From a virus (taxonomy: Duplodnaviria > Caudoviricetes): a stretch of DNA of 64,000 nt. The DNA lies in the IMG/VR virus record IMGVR_UViG_2784746785_000001, positions 1 to 64,000 of that record. One strand, given 5' to 3'. Positions 1 through 8,451 of this stretch are shown here, piece by piece; the stretch's first letter is position 1, and each line of letters opens with the position of its first letter. Position numbers and translations under genes: made by a program. Below the pieces are notes generated by a model, which worked only from the letters and a program-made list of their open reading frames with translations, did no database searches and had not been told where the DNA came from.

Positions 1-420
1 TCACTGCACCTCGCTTTCTATCAGACTGTACAGGTATTCTGCCTGTTGCTTCGGATCGTCATAGATCGATTCGGGAGCGGAGAGTTTGAAGCGAGTCGGC
101 GGCTTTCGCGTATCCGGCGGCTGCTTCTTTCTGTTCGTCCGTCCGAGCTTCTCTGCTCGACGCTGGCGCTCCGCCTGTGCCTTGTTATAGGTTTGCTGGT
201 CGATGATGGCGGGGTAGTAGTCGTCTCCGAGGAAATGCCTGTTTTCGAGCAGGCGCTTTGCTGAGCCATGCCAGGTCTCGATTCCTGCTTCGTGCGCTGC
301 CTTGGCAAGGGCCATGCCGTCAAGATAGTTCTTATAGAGCTTCCGTATCTGTTTGGCTTTATCCTCGTCTATGACTGCCTTGCCGTTTTCGATTCTGTAT
401 CCGTATGGAGTATGTCCTAT
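1..420 (-). CDS. Small recombinase-domain protein of the serine-recombinase cassette
   Basis: The ORF 1..315 extends in frame to ATA at 420, giving (I)GHTPYGYRIENGKAVIDED..., a recombinase-domain N-terminus. It lies 6 nt after the stop of the large recombinase. Confidence 0.7.
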   Translation of the reverse strand: MGHTPYGYRIENGKAVIDEDKAKQIRKLYKNYLDGMALAKAAHEAGIETWHGSAKRLLENRHFLGDDYYPAIIDQQTYNKAQAERQRRAEKLGRTNRKKQPPDTRKPPTRFKLSAPESIYDDPKQQAEYLYSLIESEVQ

Positions 421-426
421 GGTTTT

Positions 427-1986
427 TCACATCCTTTCCGTGAGCGTGAGCCCGCACTTGAGCTTGAACGCCGCCTCGTGTCGTGAGTGGATGACGATAC
501 GTTCAACGAACCGTGTGAAAATCCGGTCGTCGAAAGCCTCCAGCATTTTGCTTTTTTCGACGAAATGCAGAAGGTCCTTCGTTTGCATCAAAGCTGCGGT
601 TTCACTGCTTGTCGTGTTTTTCAAGGCGTCTATCTGTTTCCGGACGCCGTCAGCCTGTGAGAGGAGCTCAGAGGTCTGCTGGCTGTAGATTACCTGGTCG
701 ATGAATCCCTGTGCCATGAGCTTCGTCAGCGTTTTGCGCTTGTCGGCGTTCTCGGCGAGTTTTGTTTCGAGCTGCTGTATGCGGATGAGCGTCTGACTTG
801 TCGAATTCTGCTTCAGGCTCTCCGCATAGGGCTTAAGGATCAGCCGGTGCGCGAAGATGAGCTTGTTCATCATGGTTGTGAATGCAAGCTTGAGATCATT
901 GTCCCTGATGAAGAGCATGGAGCACCGGTCCTTGTCGGCAAGGTGCGTTTTGCAGCTCCATGCCGCGTAGCTTCCGTCCGTGGTGTAGTTGATTCGCCGT
1001 TTGAAGGCAGCACCGCACTCGCCGCAGATGATTCTGCCAGAGAAAGCGTAGCGGTTCTGATACTTTTCATTGCCTTTGCTGATGTTCTTCTCATTAGCTC
1101 GCTGGGAGATAAGCTTCTGCGCTGCTTCCCAGTCCTTGCGGCTGATGATTGGTTCGTGATGGTTCTGCTGCAGGTACTGTGTCTGCTCGCCGTGGTTTAG
1201 GTGACGCTTGTAGGCTGAATCGGACCATGTTTTCTGGTAGAGGCAGTCTCCGCAGTATTTCTCGTTTGCTAGCATTCCGCGTATCCCTGACGGGCTCCAG
1301 TGCCCTCCGCGCTTCGTCGGGATTTGCTCCCGGTTAAGCTCCGCGGCAATGGTAGCGATTCCCTTCCCGGAGAGTGCTTCAGAGAAGATTCGGCGGACAA
1401 TCTCCGCCTGCTTAGGGTTGATGGTCATTGTTTCGCCGTCCCAGTTGTACCCGTATGGCGGGTAGCTGATCTTGAAGGTCCCGTTTTCAAATCGCTTCTT
1501 GATGCTCCATTTGCTGTTCAAGCTTATGGAAAGGGATTCGTCTGCTGCCATGCTCGAGAGAATGGATAGGAAGAGCTCGCTCTCCATCGAACCGGTGTTG
1601 ATGTTCTCCTTCTCAAACCAGACGGGAATGTTCAGCTCAAGGAGCTTTCTGACGAGCGCAAGACAGTCCGTGGTGTTCCGGGAGAAGCGGCTAATGCTCT
1701 TGGTGATGATCATGTCGATCTTCCCAGCTCTGCAGTCCTGTATGAGCCGTTTGAGCTCCGGACGATGGGCTTTGTCAGTGCCGCTGATGCCCTCGTCGTA
1801 ATAGACTCCGGCAAACTGCCAGTCATTGCGCGAAGTGATGTAGTTTTCATAATGCGTTTTCTGGGTTTCAAGGCTCTCAAGCTGCTCATCCGAGTCTGTA
1901 GATACGCGGCAGTAGGCGGCAACTTTTAGCTTTTTTGACTTGTTTTTTTTAATGCTTGTCTGTTCTATTTTCGTTACTTTCCGCAT
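427..1986 (-). CDS. Large serine recombinase (integrase)
   Basis: Catalytic motif VAAYCRVST, TKSISRFSRN, recombinase domain PPYGY, and Zn ribbon CGECG...C followed by a coiled coil; 519 aa. Confidence 0.95.
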   Translation of the reverse strand: MRKVTKIEQTSIKKNKSKKLKVAAYCRVSTDSDEQLESLETQKTHYENYITSRNDWQFAGVYYDEGISGTDKAHRPELKRLIQDCRAGKIDMIITKSISRFSRNTTDCLALVRKLLELNIPVWFEKENINTGSMESELFLSILSSMAADESLSISLNSKWSIKKRFENGTFKISYPPYGYNWDGETMTINPKQAEIVRRIFSEALSGKGIATIAAELNREQIPTKRGGHWSPSGIRGMLANEKYCGDCLYQKTWSDSAYKRHLNHGEQTQYLQQNHHEPIISRKDWEAAQKLISQRANEKNISKGNEKYQNRYAFSGRIICGECGAAFKRRINYTTDGSYAAWSCKTHLADKDRCSMLFIRDNDLKLAFTTMMNKLIFAHRLILKPYAESLKQNSTSQTLIRIQQLETKLAENADKRKTLTKLMAQGFIDQVIYSQQTSELLSQADGVRKQIDALKNTTSSETAALMQTKDLLHFVEKSKMLEAFDDRIFTRFVERIVIHSRHEAAFKLKCGLTLTERM

Positions 1987-2010
1987 TGGTTTTCCTCCTT
2001 GTCAGTGTCC

Positions 2011-2042
2011 ATACATCACTCTGTTTCGGACACATAGCAAGT
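2011..2042 (-). promoter_or_regulatory. Motif B copy 1 (CTTGCTA-N12-AGAGTGAT), promoter-like, upstream of the large recombinase
   Basis: The same bipartite motif with identical spacing occurs at 21541, 22152 and 23456. Confidence 0.55.
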
Positions 2043-2228
2043 GATTTTCGGATATATTTCCACGAACAGGGGAGAGAATGTTTTGCGATTGATGTTGCAT
2101 AATTTGTTGAATTCCTCACCGGAAATCAAGCCTGAATCAAGCATGTTTTTGGCGATTCTCTGCGCCCGCTGATAATCGAGATCGCTGCGGATACGCTCAT
2201 CTGTGTAGTAGTTATTTTCCTTCGTCAT
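2016..2228 (-). CDS. SHOCT-like small protein preceding the recombinases
   Basis: MTKENNYYTDERIRSDLDY...MLDSGLISGEEFNKL (SHOCT-like). GGAGG RBS before ATG 2228. Confidence 0.6.
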   Translation of the reverse strand: MTKENNYYTDERIRSDLDYQRAQRIAKNMLDSGLISGEEFNKLCNINRKTFSPLFVEIYPKITCYVSETE

Positions 2229-2248
2229 GATGTTTCTCCTCCTGCTTT

Positions 2249-2279
2249 CCACTGGAGGCGGGAGGCTCGTTTTGACGAA
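2249..2279 (-). promoter_or_regulatory. Motif A copy 1 (TTCGTCAAAA-N11-CCTCCAGTGG)
   Basis: Exact 10-N11-10 match to the copies at 32608-32638 and 37143-37173. Lies just upstream of the SHOCT gene. Confidence 0.6.
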
Positions 2280-2288
2280 GCAGAGACG

Positions 2289-2332
2289 AAAAAAAGCCCA
2301 CTGTCAATCCAAATAAAGGAAAGCCAGTGGGC
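2289..2332 (-). terminator. Intrinsic terminator after the endolysin
   Basis: GCCCACTG/CAGTGGGC stem followed by a T7 tract on the minus strand. Confidence 0.6.
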
Positions 2333-2349
2333 CAGAGAAGGGGATGTGG

Positions 2350-3306
2350 TTATTTCACGCGAATCTTCCATCCGACCTGGATGAGGTTCACGTTTTTTAT
2401 AAGCGAGGAGTTCAGCTTCTGGATCGCGGACACGGTCGTTCCATACTTCTTGGCGATGCCGGAGAGCGTGTCACCGCGCTGGACTGTGTAGTAGATGGCA
2501 GTGGATTTTTTAGAGGATGTACCGAGCTTTTCGTTGACCTTCGCCTGTACAGTATTGTAGTCATATCCTGCGGCTGTCAGACGTTTTTTACGGTCAGCTC
2601 CGTTGCCCCATTTACCGGCGATGATCTCGGAGGCAATCTCATCCACGGATTTCTTTACGGTCGTTGTTGATGTATTGGCAGTAGCGCTTTTGCCATAGCC
2701 GTTGAATCCGCCGTTCTTAATTGTGCTCGGGAAGTCGATGTAGGAGTAGTTCATGTCGACATTCCCGCTGATGCCGTTTACTTTTCCTTTGGACGAATAT
2801 TGCCAGACACCGTAAGCGCTGGGATACGAGCATTTGCTCGCCCACTGCGCCACCCATACGGTGAACCGCTTCTTCACGGCATCTGTCACCACGGAGTTCA
2901 GACTCGAAAGCGAGGTGTAGAATCCGGCGTAATAGCCGCGGCTCTCCAACTCCGTGCAGAATGCTGTGGTAAGCGATGAGCAGAAATTCCGTCCGCGCGC
3001 GAGCTGTGACTTCTCCTCAATGTCGAAGTAGACCGGGTAGTCGATCTGTTTGCCGGACAGGACAGATGCGCAGGATTTCGCTTCCTGCTTCGCACCGTCA
3101 GCGGATGTAGCATATGAATACCAATACGCGCCGACGTGAAGTCCTGCAGCTTTCGCCTTGCTGTAGTTCGTTTCGAAGTATTTGTCTTTGTTGCCGTTTC
3201 CGTATCCAGCGCGGATGATCACGAAGTCAATGCCAGACGCTTTGACCATGTTAAAGTCGATGCTGTTTCCCTGCCAGACGGATACGTCGATTCCCTTGTA
3301 TGCCAT
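2350..3306 (-). CDS. Endolysin: GH25 muramidase + Cpl-7 (CW_7) + LysM
   Basis: [22 protein letters not shown] (GH25); [16 protein letters not shown] (Cpl-7); [13 protein letters not shown] (LysM). Confidence 0.93.
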   Translation of the reverse strand: MAYKGIDVSVWQGNSIDFNMVKASGIDFVIIRAGYGNGNKDKYFETNYSKAKAAGLHVGAYWYSYATSADGAKQEAKSCASVLSGKQIDYPVYFDIEEKSQLARGRNFCSSLTTAFCTELESRGYYAGFYTSLSSLNSVVTDAVKKRFTVWVAQWASKCSYPSAYGVWQYSSKGKVNGISGNVDMNYSYIDFPSTIKNGGFNGYGKSATANTSTTTVKKSVDEIASEIIAGKWGNGADRKKRLTAAGYDYNTVQAKVNEKLGTSSKKSTAIYYTVQRGDTLSGIAKKYGTTVSAIQKLNSSLIKNVNLIQVGWKIRVK

Positions 3307-3719
3307 TACTGTTCCTCCTTGTCGTTTCTGTCGTGAAGCTGTTCGAGCACGTCCTTGAGCTTGCCTGGTATCGGCAGTCCGAGGTGCGCAGCGTTTTCTG
3401 TTAAACTGAGTCCTTCATTGCTGATGTAGAAGAAAATGATCGCTGTTCTCAGCACGCCCTCGTGACCGAGCACGTGGATGTCGAGGATGTTGGCGATTCC
3501 GACCAGAATGAAGATTAGTACCTTGCGGAAGATTCCTTTGAAGCCGACTGCACTCGACAGTTTCTTGTCCGCGATAGCGCAGAGCACGCCGGTGATGTAA
3601 TCGCAGACCACAAAGATGATGAGCGCGATGAGCAGCCCGTCGCAGCCTCCTAAGAAGTAGCCGAGCCACCCTCCGATGGCTGCGAAAATGAGCTGTATAG
3701 TGTTCCAGAATTCCTTCAT
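3306..3719 (-). CDS. Phage holin (toxin secretion/phage lysis holin family)
   Basis: Hydrophobic helices, DYITG and NEGLSLTEN motifs; abuts the endolysin. Confidence 0.9.
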   Translation of the reverse strand: MKEFWNTIQLIFAAIGGWLGYFLGGCDGLLIALIIFVVCDYITGVLCAIADKKLSSAVGFKGIFRKVLIFILVGIANILDIHVLGHEGVLRTAIIFFYISNEGLSLTENAAHLGLPIPGKLKDVLEQLHDRNDKEEQ

Positions 3720-3806
3720 TGATAAGTCCCTCCTTTGATTTTGAGCAAAAAGAAAGGCCGCCTGCGAGATTGCAGACAGCCTTGGAAAACTGTGTGATTT
3801 ATGAAG

Positions 3807-6287
3807 TTATGAGGTGTTCGTCTGTTTCGGCAAAGCCTCCCACAATCGGAGATCCTCCTGCCCGAGCGACCAGATCGCAATGCCGCGCAAGTTCCAGTGG
3901 TAGGCGGCCTGGTTTGCCCAGTAGACGAGAGAGTCCACATCCTGATAGTAGAGGATGGAGAACCCGTCCGCGTCTCCGAGGAACAGCCGCGAAATCCAGA
4001 TGTCGATGTCCTTCGGCGTGACCGTAATCGTGTAGTCCTTCCCACATTTGAGGTCGAGCTGCGCCGAGTGGTAGAACTCGTAGTCCATCGAGATGGAATC
4101 AGAGCGGGTTTCGGATTCCTCGATGTCGCTTGTCAGCGTGAATACCTGAAATTCATCATCCCAGGTGACATTGCTCCGGCTGATCTTCCCGTACTGCGTG
4201 ACGCTGCCGTCCGGGAAGGTTACGTCGAACCGTTCATATGGCTCATACGTCCATGCGTCGCCCATGCGGAGAAGCTCGCAGATAGTCCTCTGGTCAGACC
4301 GGTAGCCCGCGGTTCCTCCGGTGAATCCGCTGACGGTCGCCGTGAACCGGAGCGTGTTGGATGCACCGGAATAGACGCGAACCGTGCTGCCGCGAATCCG
4401 CATCTCGATGGTGTAGGTCGTCGGGTCGGTGCGAAGAGTTGCGGTTGGTGTCTGCGCAATGGACTGAGAGTAGCTTCCGAGTTTCGTGCCTCCGCTCCAT
4501 AGCTCTACGGCTTGACTGTCGTAGTTCAGGCAACAGAATAGATTTCCGCAGAAGATTCCCGCTTTGCCGGTGCTGCCGGACGGAAACGCAAGACGTGCTC
4601 TCAAGTGGATGTCCTTGAATCCGTCATAGTTCCACGCAAATTGGCCGCTGCCGTCGAGCTGCGAATACACTCTGGATTCGGAGTATTCATCCGACCGCCA
4701 GACCTTCCAAGAGCCGGACAACGTCTGCCAGTAGTTCGTCTCGAGCATGCCGTAGTCCTCGAAGTCCTCGTACCAGATGAGCGCGGAGTCGGGCTTGCGG
4801 CGCAGGACTTCTGTCGTGAGCTTGAAGCCCTTATCCGGCTGGCATTCGTTTCCGTCCACGTCTATGAAGTGGCGCGGAGACAGGGTAAACGAAGCTGATC
4901 CGGCGGACGGTTTCTCACTGAATGCCGAGCAGACGCGGAACCCGTAGAACTGCACACCTTTCACATCGACCGATACCGTAACGGTGTGCATCCCGGCAGA
5001 TAGCGAAATGCCATCTACAAGCGATGCCCAGAAGGTGCTCCTCCAGTACGGCCACCAGAGCCGCGATTCGGTGAAGTGCTTCTGTGTCTCGTCAATGCTG
5101 ATATAGATACCGTTCTTGTCCCAGAAGGGATAGCAGAGCCTCACAGCGATGTCGTATGTTCCGGCGCTTGATACGGAGAAGCTGTATGTCGCTTCTCCCT
5201 CGTCACCCATGACTGCGATACCGTTCTCCGAAGAGACGATACCGGTGTAGTTGTCCGGCGTGCCATCATGATCCACATAGACCGTTCCAAACGAGGTCTT
5301 CTGTGTTTTGCTGTAGGCAGTGAGGTACCTTCGCCGGTTGTAGGTTCCGGTCATCAGCGGGTACTCGTAGCTTGAAGCGTCCTGACCTTCCGCAAAATCG
5401 TAGACCTGCGGGAACGCATATGGTACCTTGTTGTAGTCATCCCAGTACGCCAAAATCGGGATGAACGGCTGAGGCGGCTTGTCGTCCGTGAAGTTGTACT
5501 TGCCCGTTACCCAGTTCTTGGCGGCGTAGTAGGTGTTCGAAGTTCCGCGATAGGTTTTCCCAAGATTCTCCGGCGTATCGTAGATCTGCCAGTTCCAGCC
5601 GTATGCCGGAAGTCCCATGAACACCTTCTCAGGCGTCATCGCGGTAACGGCGTAATCATAGATTCCGTCGAGCCAATCCTTGGGTGACACTGGTCCGGGA
5701 GCACTTCCTGCCCACGCCATTCCATAGCTCATGATCGCCGCCGTATCGCAGTATGGATTTAGGTCAGCATAGACGCACCAGTTCTCGCCGCCGACCGACC
5801 CGTTGACGGAGTCCATTCCGGGAAGGCAGATATTGACCTTTTTCGTGCTGTCATAATTCTTGACCGTGTTCCAGATGTTCTTGAACATGGCGGTCGACTT
5901 GGCGTGCGTTGAGTAATCGCCGCCGCGCTCGAGGTCGATGTCGACGCCTGCGCACCACGGATACTTCTCCATGATCCGCAGCAGCTCGCTCAGGAACTTG
6001 TCCTGCGCTCCGTCTGTATTCTCGCGAAGAGCAGTAAATACACTCGATGTTCCGTCATTGCGGACAGTGAGGAGCCACGTGATATGCGGATACTTATTGA
6101 TGTAGGTCAGCATATCGGATATTGCCACGCCGGTTTCGGTAATCGTCCCGGTCGCGTCGACCTTAAAAGAAAAGAGACCTACCTGAGAGAGGCGGTCTCC
6201 GTAATTCTTCAATGCGGTGTACATGCGGGCGTTTCCCATGAACGTCCAGACCATGCACTTGCGGCCTTTGAGAATATCCCTGTTCAT
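3807..6287 (-). CDS. Tail-region glycoside hydrolase family 18 protein with inserted beta-sandwich domains
   Basis: Catalytic DxDxE motif (GVDIDLE), IMSYG, GLPAYG and C-terminal GIAIWSLGQED; 826 aa. Confidence 0.8.
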   Translation of the reverse strand: MNRDILKGRKCMVWTFMGNARMYTALKNYGDRLSQVGLFSFKVDATGTITETGVAISDMLTYINKYPHITWLLTVRNDGTSSVFTALRENTDGAQDKFLSELLRIMEKYPWCAGVDIDLERGGDYSTHAKSTAMFKNIWNTVKNYDSTKKVNICLPGMDSVNGSVGGENWCVYADLNPYCDTAAIMSYGMAWAGSAPGPVSPKDWLDGIYDYAVTAMTPEKVFMGLPAYGWNWQIYDTPENLGKTYRGTSNTYYAAKNWVTGKYNFTDDKPPQPFIPILAYWDDYNKVPYAFPQVYDFAEGQDASSYEYPLMTGTYNRRRYLTAYSKTQKTSFGTVYVDHDGTPDNYTGIVSSENGIAVMGDEGEATYSFSVSSAGTYDIAVRLCYPFWDKNGIYISIDETQKHFTESRLWWPYWRSTFWASLVDGISLSAGMHTVTVSVDVKGVQFYGFRVCSAFSEKPSAGSASFTLSPRHFIDVDGNECQPDKGFKLTTEVLRRKPDSALIWYEDFEDYGMLETNYWQTLSGSWKVWRSDEYSESRVYSQLDGSGQFAWNYDGFKDIHLRARLAFPSGSTGKAGIFCGNLFCCLNYDSQAVELWSGGTKLGSYSQSIAQTPTATLRTDPTTYTIEMRIRGSTVRVYSGASNTLRFTATVSGFTGGTAGYRSDQRTICELLRMGDAWTYEPYERFDVTFPDGSVTQYGKISRSNVTWDDEFQVFTLTSDIEESETRSDSISMDYEFYHSAQLDLKCGKDYTITVTPKDIDIWISRLFLGDADGFSILYYQDVDSLVYWANQAAYHWNLRGIAIWSLGQEDLRLWEALPKQTNTS

Positions 6288-6865
6288 ATCACATCACCAT
6301 CCTCCATCTCCTGAAACTCCACATACAGCTTTGCCGATTTCTTCTCCTCGACAGTGACCGGGTGCTTGCTGTCGCCTGCGGCGGAATATTGAAAGAATCC
6401 GTCCTTGGCGGTTGCGGAGCCGTTCTTCAGGCATTCGCGGCTTGACGCGAGAAGGGATAATTCATCACCCGCGCTTGCAGCATCCGTAAAGATCGCTTTG
6501 TGCGCTCCCGCGCCGAGGCCAAGCGAAACGCTGCCTGCTTTCATGTCCTGATTCGGATAGACCTTCCAGTCAAGTCCAGTTGAGGTCTTGCCGAGATTGA
6601 AGATGATGCAGGTCGCGCTGCCACGGACGATGCCATTGAAGAAGCGCTTTCCGGTGATGGCATATTCGTCGCCGGTCGCATACTTCTTTAGCATTGTCTC
6701 TGTGTTGATTACGTAGCCTGAGAGCATCGCGGTTTCCTGCAGCATGAGGTCGGTGAACCAGACGGTCCCGGTACAGTCTGTGACGGTTGGTTTTACGGTG
6801 ATGCTGACGATCCGCTTTTTTTCCTTCTTGTTGATTGTCTCTGTAAAGCGTGTGAATATCGGCAT
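6284..6865 (-). CDS. Minor tail-region protein
   Basis: Coupled to its neighbours. The N-terminus shares a VTDCTGT-containing segment with the 64-aa ORF. Confidence 0.65.
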   Translation of the reverse strand: MPIFTRFTETINKKEKKRIVSITVKPTVTDCTGTVWFTDLMLQETAMLSGYVINTETMLKKYATGDEYAITGKRFFNGIVRGSATCIIFNLGKTSTGLDWKVYPNQDMKAGSVSLGLGAGAHKAIFTDAASAGDELSLLASSRECLKNGSATAKDGFFQYSAAGDSKHPVTVEEKKSAKLYVEFQEMEDGDVI

Positions 6866-6867
6866 AA

Positions 6868-7062
6868 TCAGTCACCGTCCTGCGTCCATTGAATCTCTGA
6901 AACATGTCCCACCCAGCCGGTCGCAATGGAACCGCCCTGAAGGAACATGTCGGTTATATAGATTGTTCCGGTGCAGTCGGTCACGCAGACGCGAATGCGG
7001 ATTTTTTTCACGCGCCCATTTTGCGGAGAAACTGCCTGCGCCATATGTGTAAATGAAGCCAT
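6868..7062 (-). CDS. Small tail-region protein (beta-sandwich fragment)
   Basis: Own GGAGG RBS; RVCVTDCTGTIYITDMFLQ segment. Confidence 0.6.
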   Translation of the reverse strand: MASFTHMAQAVSPQNGRVKKIRIRVCVTDCTGTIYITDMFLQGGSIATGWVGHVSEIQWTQDGD

Positions 7063-7073
7063 TGCACGCCTCC

Positions 7074-8447
7074 TTAAATCAGGTCAATGAACCGCGTCTC
7101 GGTGGTTCCGTCCTCGTACTCAAAGGTAATTTCCACACCGACCTGTCCGTTGTCGCCCATCTTGAGATCGTCGGACGCGATCTGACAGGAAAAGGTATAG
7201 CTATCGCGGTTCGCCGGAGTGATGGTCTGCGTCAGACTCTTCGTCGTATTCAGAGCACCTTCACATTTAAAGGACGCCGTGCCGGATACGCCGTTCTCTG
7301 CATCGACCTCAAAGCCGGAGTTTTCCCAGTAATTGAGTCCGCTGTCTGCTCGTGAGTTGCGCAGATGGTTGAACGGCACGAGGTCTTTCATTTCCTGACT
7401 ATCGACGAGGTTCGCACCGGAAAGCATGTCAGCGGCAGCGTCCCATTGCGAAGAGGAATCGCCGAGTTCGCGGAGCGTGGTGGACAGCTCCAGAACTGTA
7501 TTCCATGGTTCCAAGAGGTTATACTCGCGCCTGACGATTCGTGTCTTGACGCTGATGTTCAGTTCATCGTCCCTGACCGTCACGATGTCGCCGAGCTTCC
7601 AGCTTTCATGCTCATAGCCGGTCAGCACGGACAGATCCATTGCGTTCAGAACATAGGAAATTCTCGGTGTGGCATAGTCGGCGAGACGCATCTCGGCGTA
7701 TTCCAGCATCTGGTACGGATTGGTGAAATTCGAGCAGTCGAGCGTCGAGACGCGGATTTCATTGGTGTAGGTCGTGTCCTCGACATATTCCTTGCCTTCG
7801 TTGATGGACGCGAACGTCATGCCATCCTTGCCGTAGGCGTAGAGCCGGGTAATCAGGCTCTGCGTGTCGATCACGCGTTTGATGGACTTCATGTTCTTCT
7901 TGTAGCAGAACAATGCACCCGAGTCCGTGCCGCTGAAGGTCAGCAGGCTTACGGTCTTGTTCGCGTTGTCGAAGATCAGGTCGCCGCCGTGCAGATCCTG
8001 AACTTTGCGCAGAATCGCGAGCGCGTTTTTCTCCTGACAGGTCCAGGTGCGTTTGGTTTGCTTGTTGACGGTCCCGACCGTCCATCCAGTGTCATGTAGC
8101 GCGTATGCCATTGGCACGTCGGCGGTGTCCGCGTTGAAGGTGATCTCGGCTTTCTTTGTCGAGAATCCCAGGTCATAGAACGCCGCCTCGGCGTAGACCG
8201 AGGTTATGGCTGTGCCTTGCTCGTTTTTTTCATCGGTGATTGTACGGATGCGGTATGCGTCATCGCCGACCTTGACCTGCTTTTCGTTCTCCAGATATTT
8301 GCGTTTCTCGTCACGGAAGGGCAGGCTGAATTCGAGCGTGTCGATGCCGTTGATCTCGCCCGTGATAATCACGTCGTAGGCGTTTTCCAGCACGGCTTCC
8401 AGTTCGCCGTTCAGATCAAGAACGGCTAGTTGTTTTTTCTCAGCCAC
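7074..8447 (-). CDS. Tail spike/Tal-like phage minor structural (prophage endopeptidase-tail family) protein
   Basis: Located after Dit; TRLYAYGKDG motif; C-terminal NHLRNS...W CBM-like start. Confidence 0.8.
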   Translation of the reverse strand: MAEKKQLAVLDLNGELEAVLENAYDVIITGEINGIDTLEFSLPFRDEKRKYLENEKQVKVGDDAYRIRTITDEKNEQGTAITSVYAEAAFYDLGFSTKKAEITFNADTADVPMAYALHDTGWTVGTVNKQTKRTWTCQEKNALAILRKVQDLHGGDLIFDNANKTVSLLTFSGTDSGALFCYKKNMKSIKRVIDTQSLITRLYAYGKDGMTFASINEGKEYVEDTTYTNEIRVSTLDCSNFTNPYQMLEYAEMRLADYATPRISYVLNAMDLSVLTGYEHESWKLGDIVTVRDDELNISVKTRIVRREYNLLEPWNTVLELSTTLRELGDSSSQWDAAADMLSGANLVDSQEMKDLVPFNHLRNSRADSGLNYWENSGFEVDAENGVSGTASFKCEGALNTTKSLTQTITPANRDSYTFSCQIASDDLKMGDNGQVGVEITFEYEDGTTETRFIDLI

Positions 8448-8451
8448 AGGA

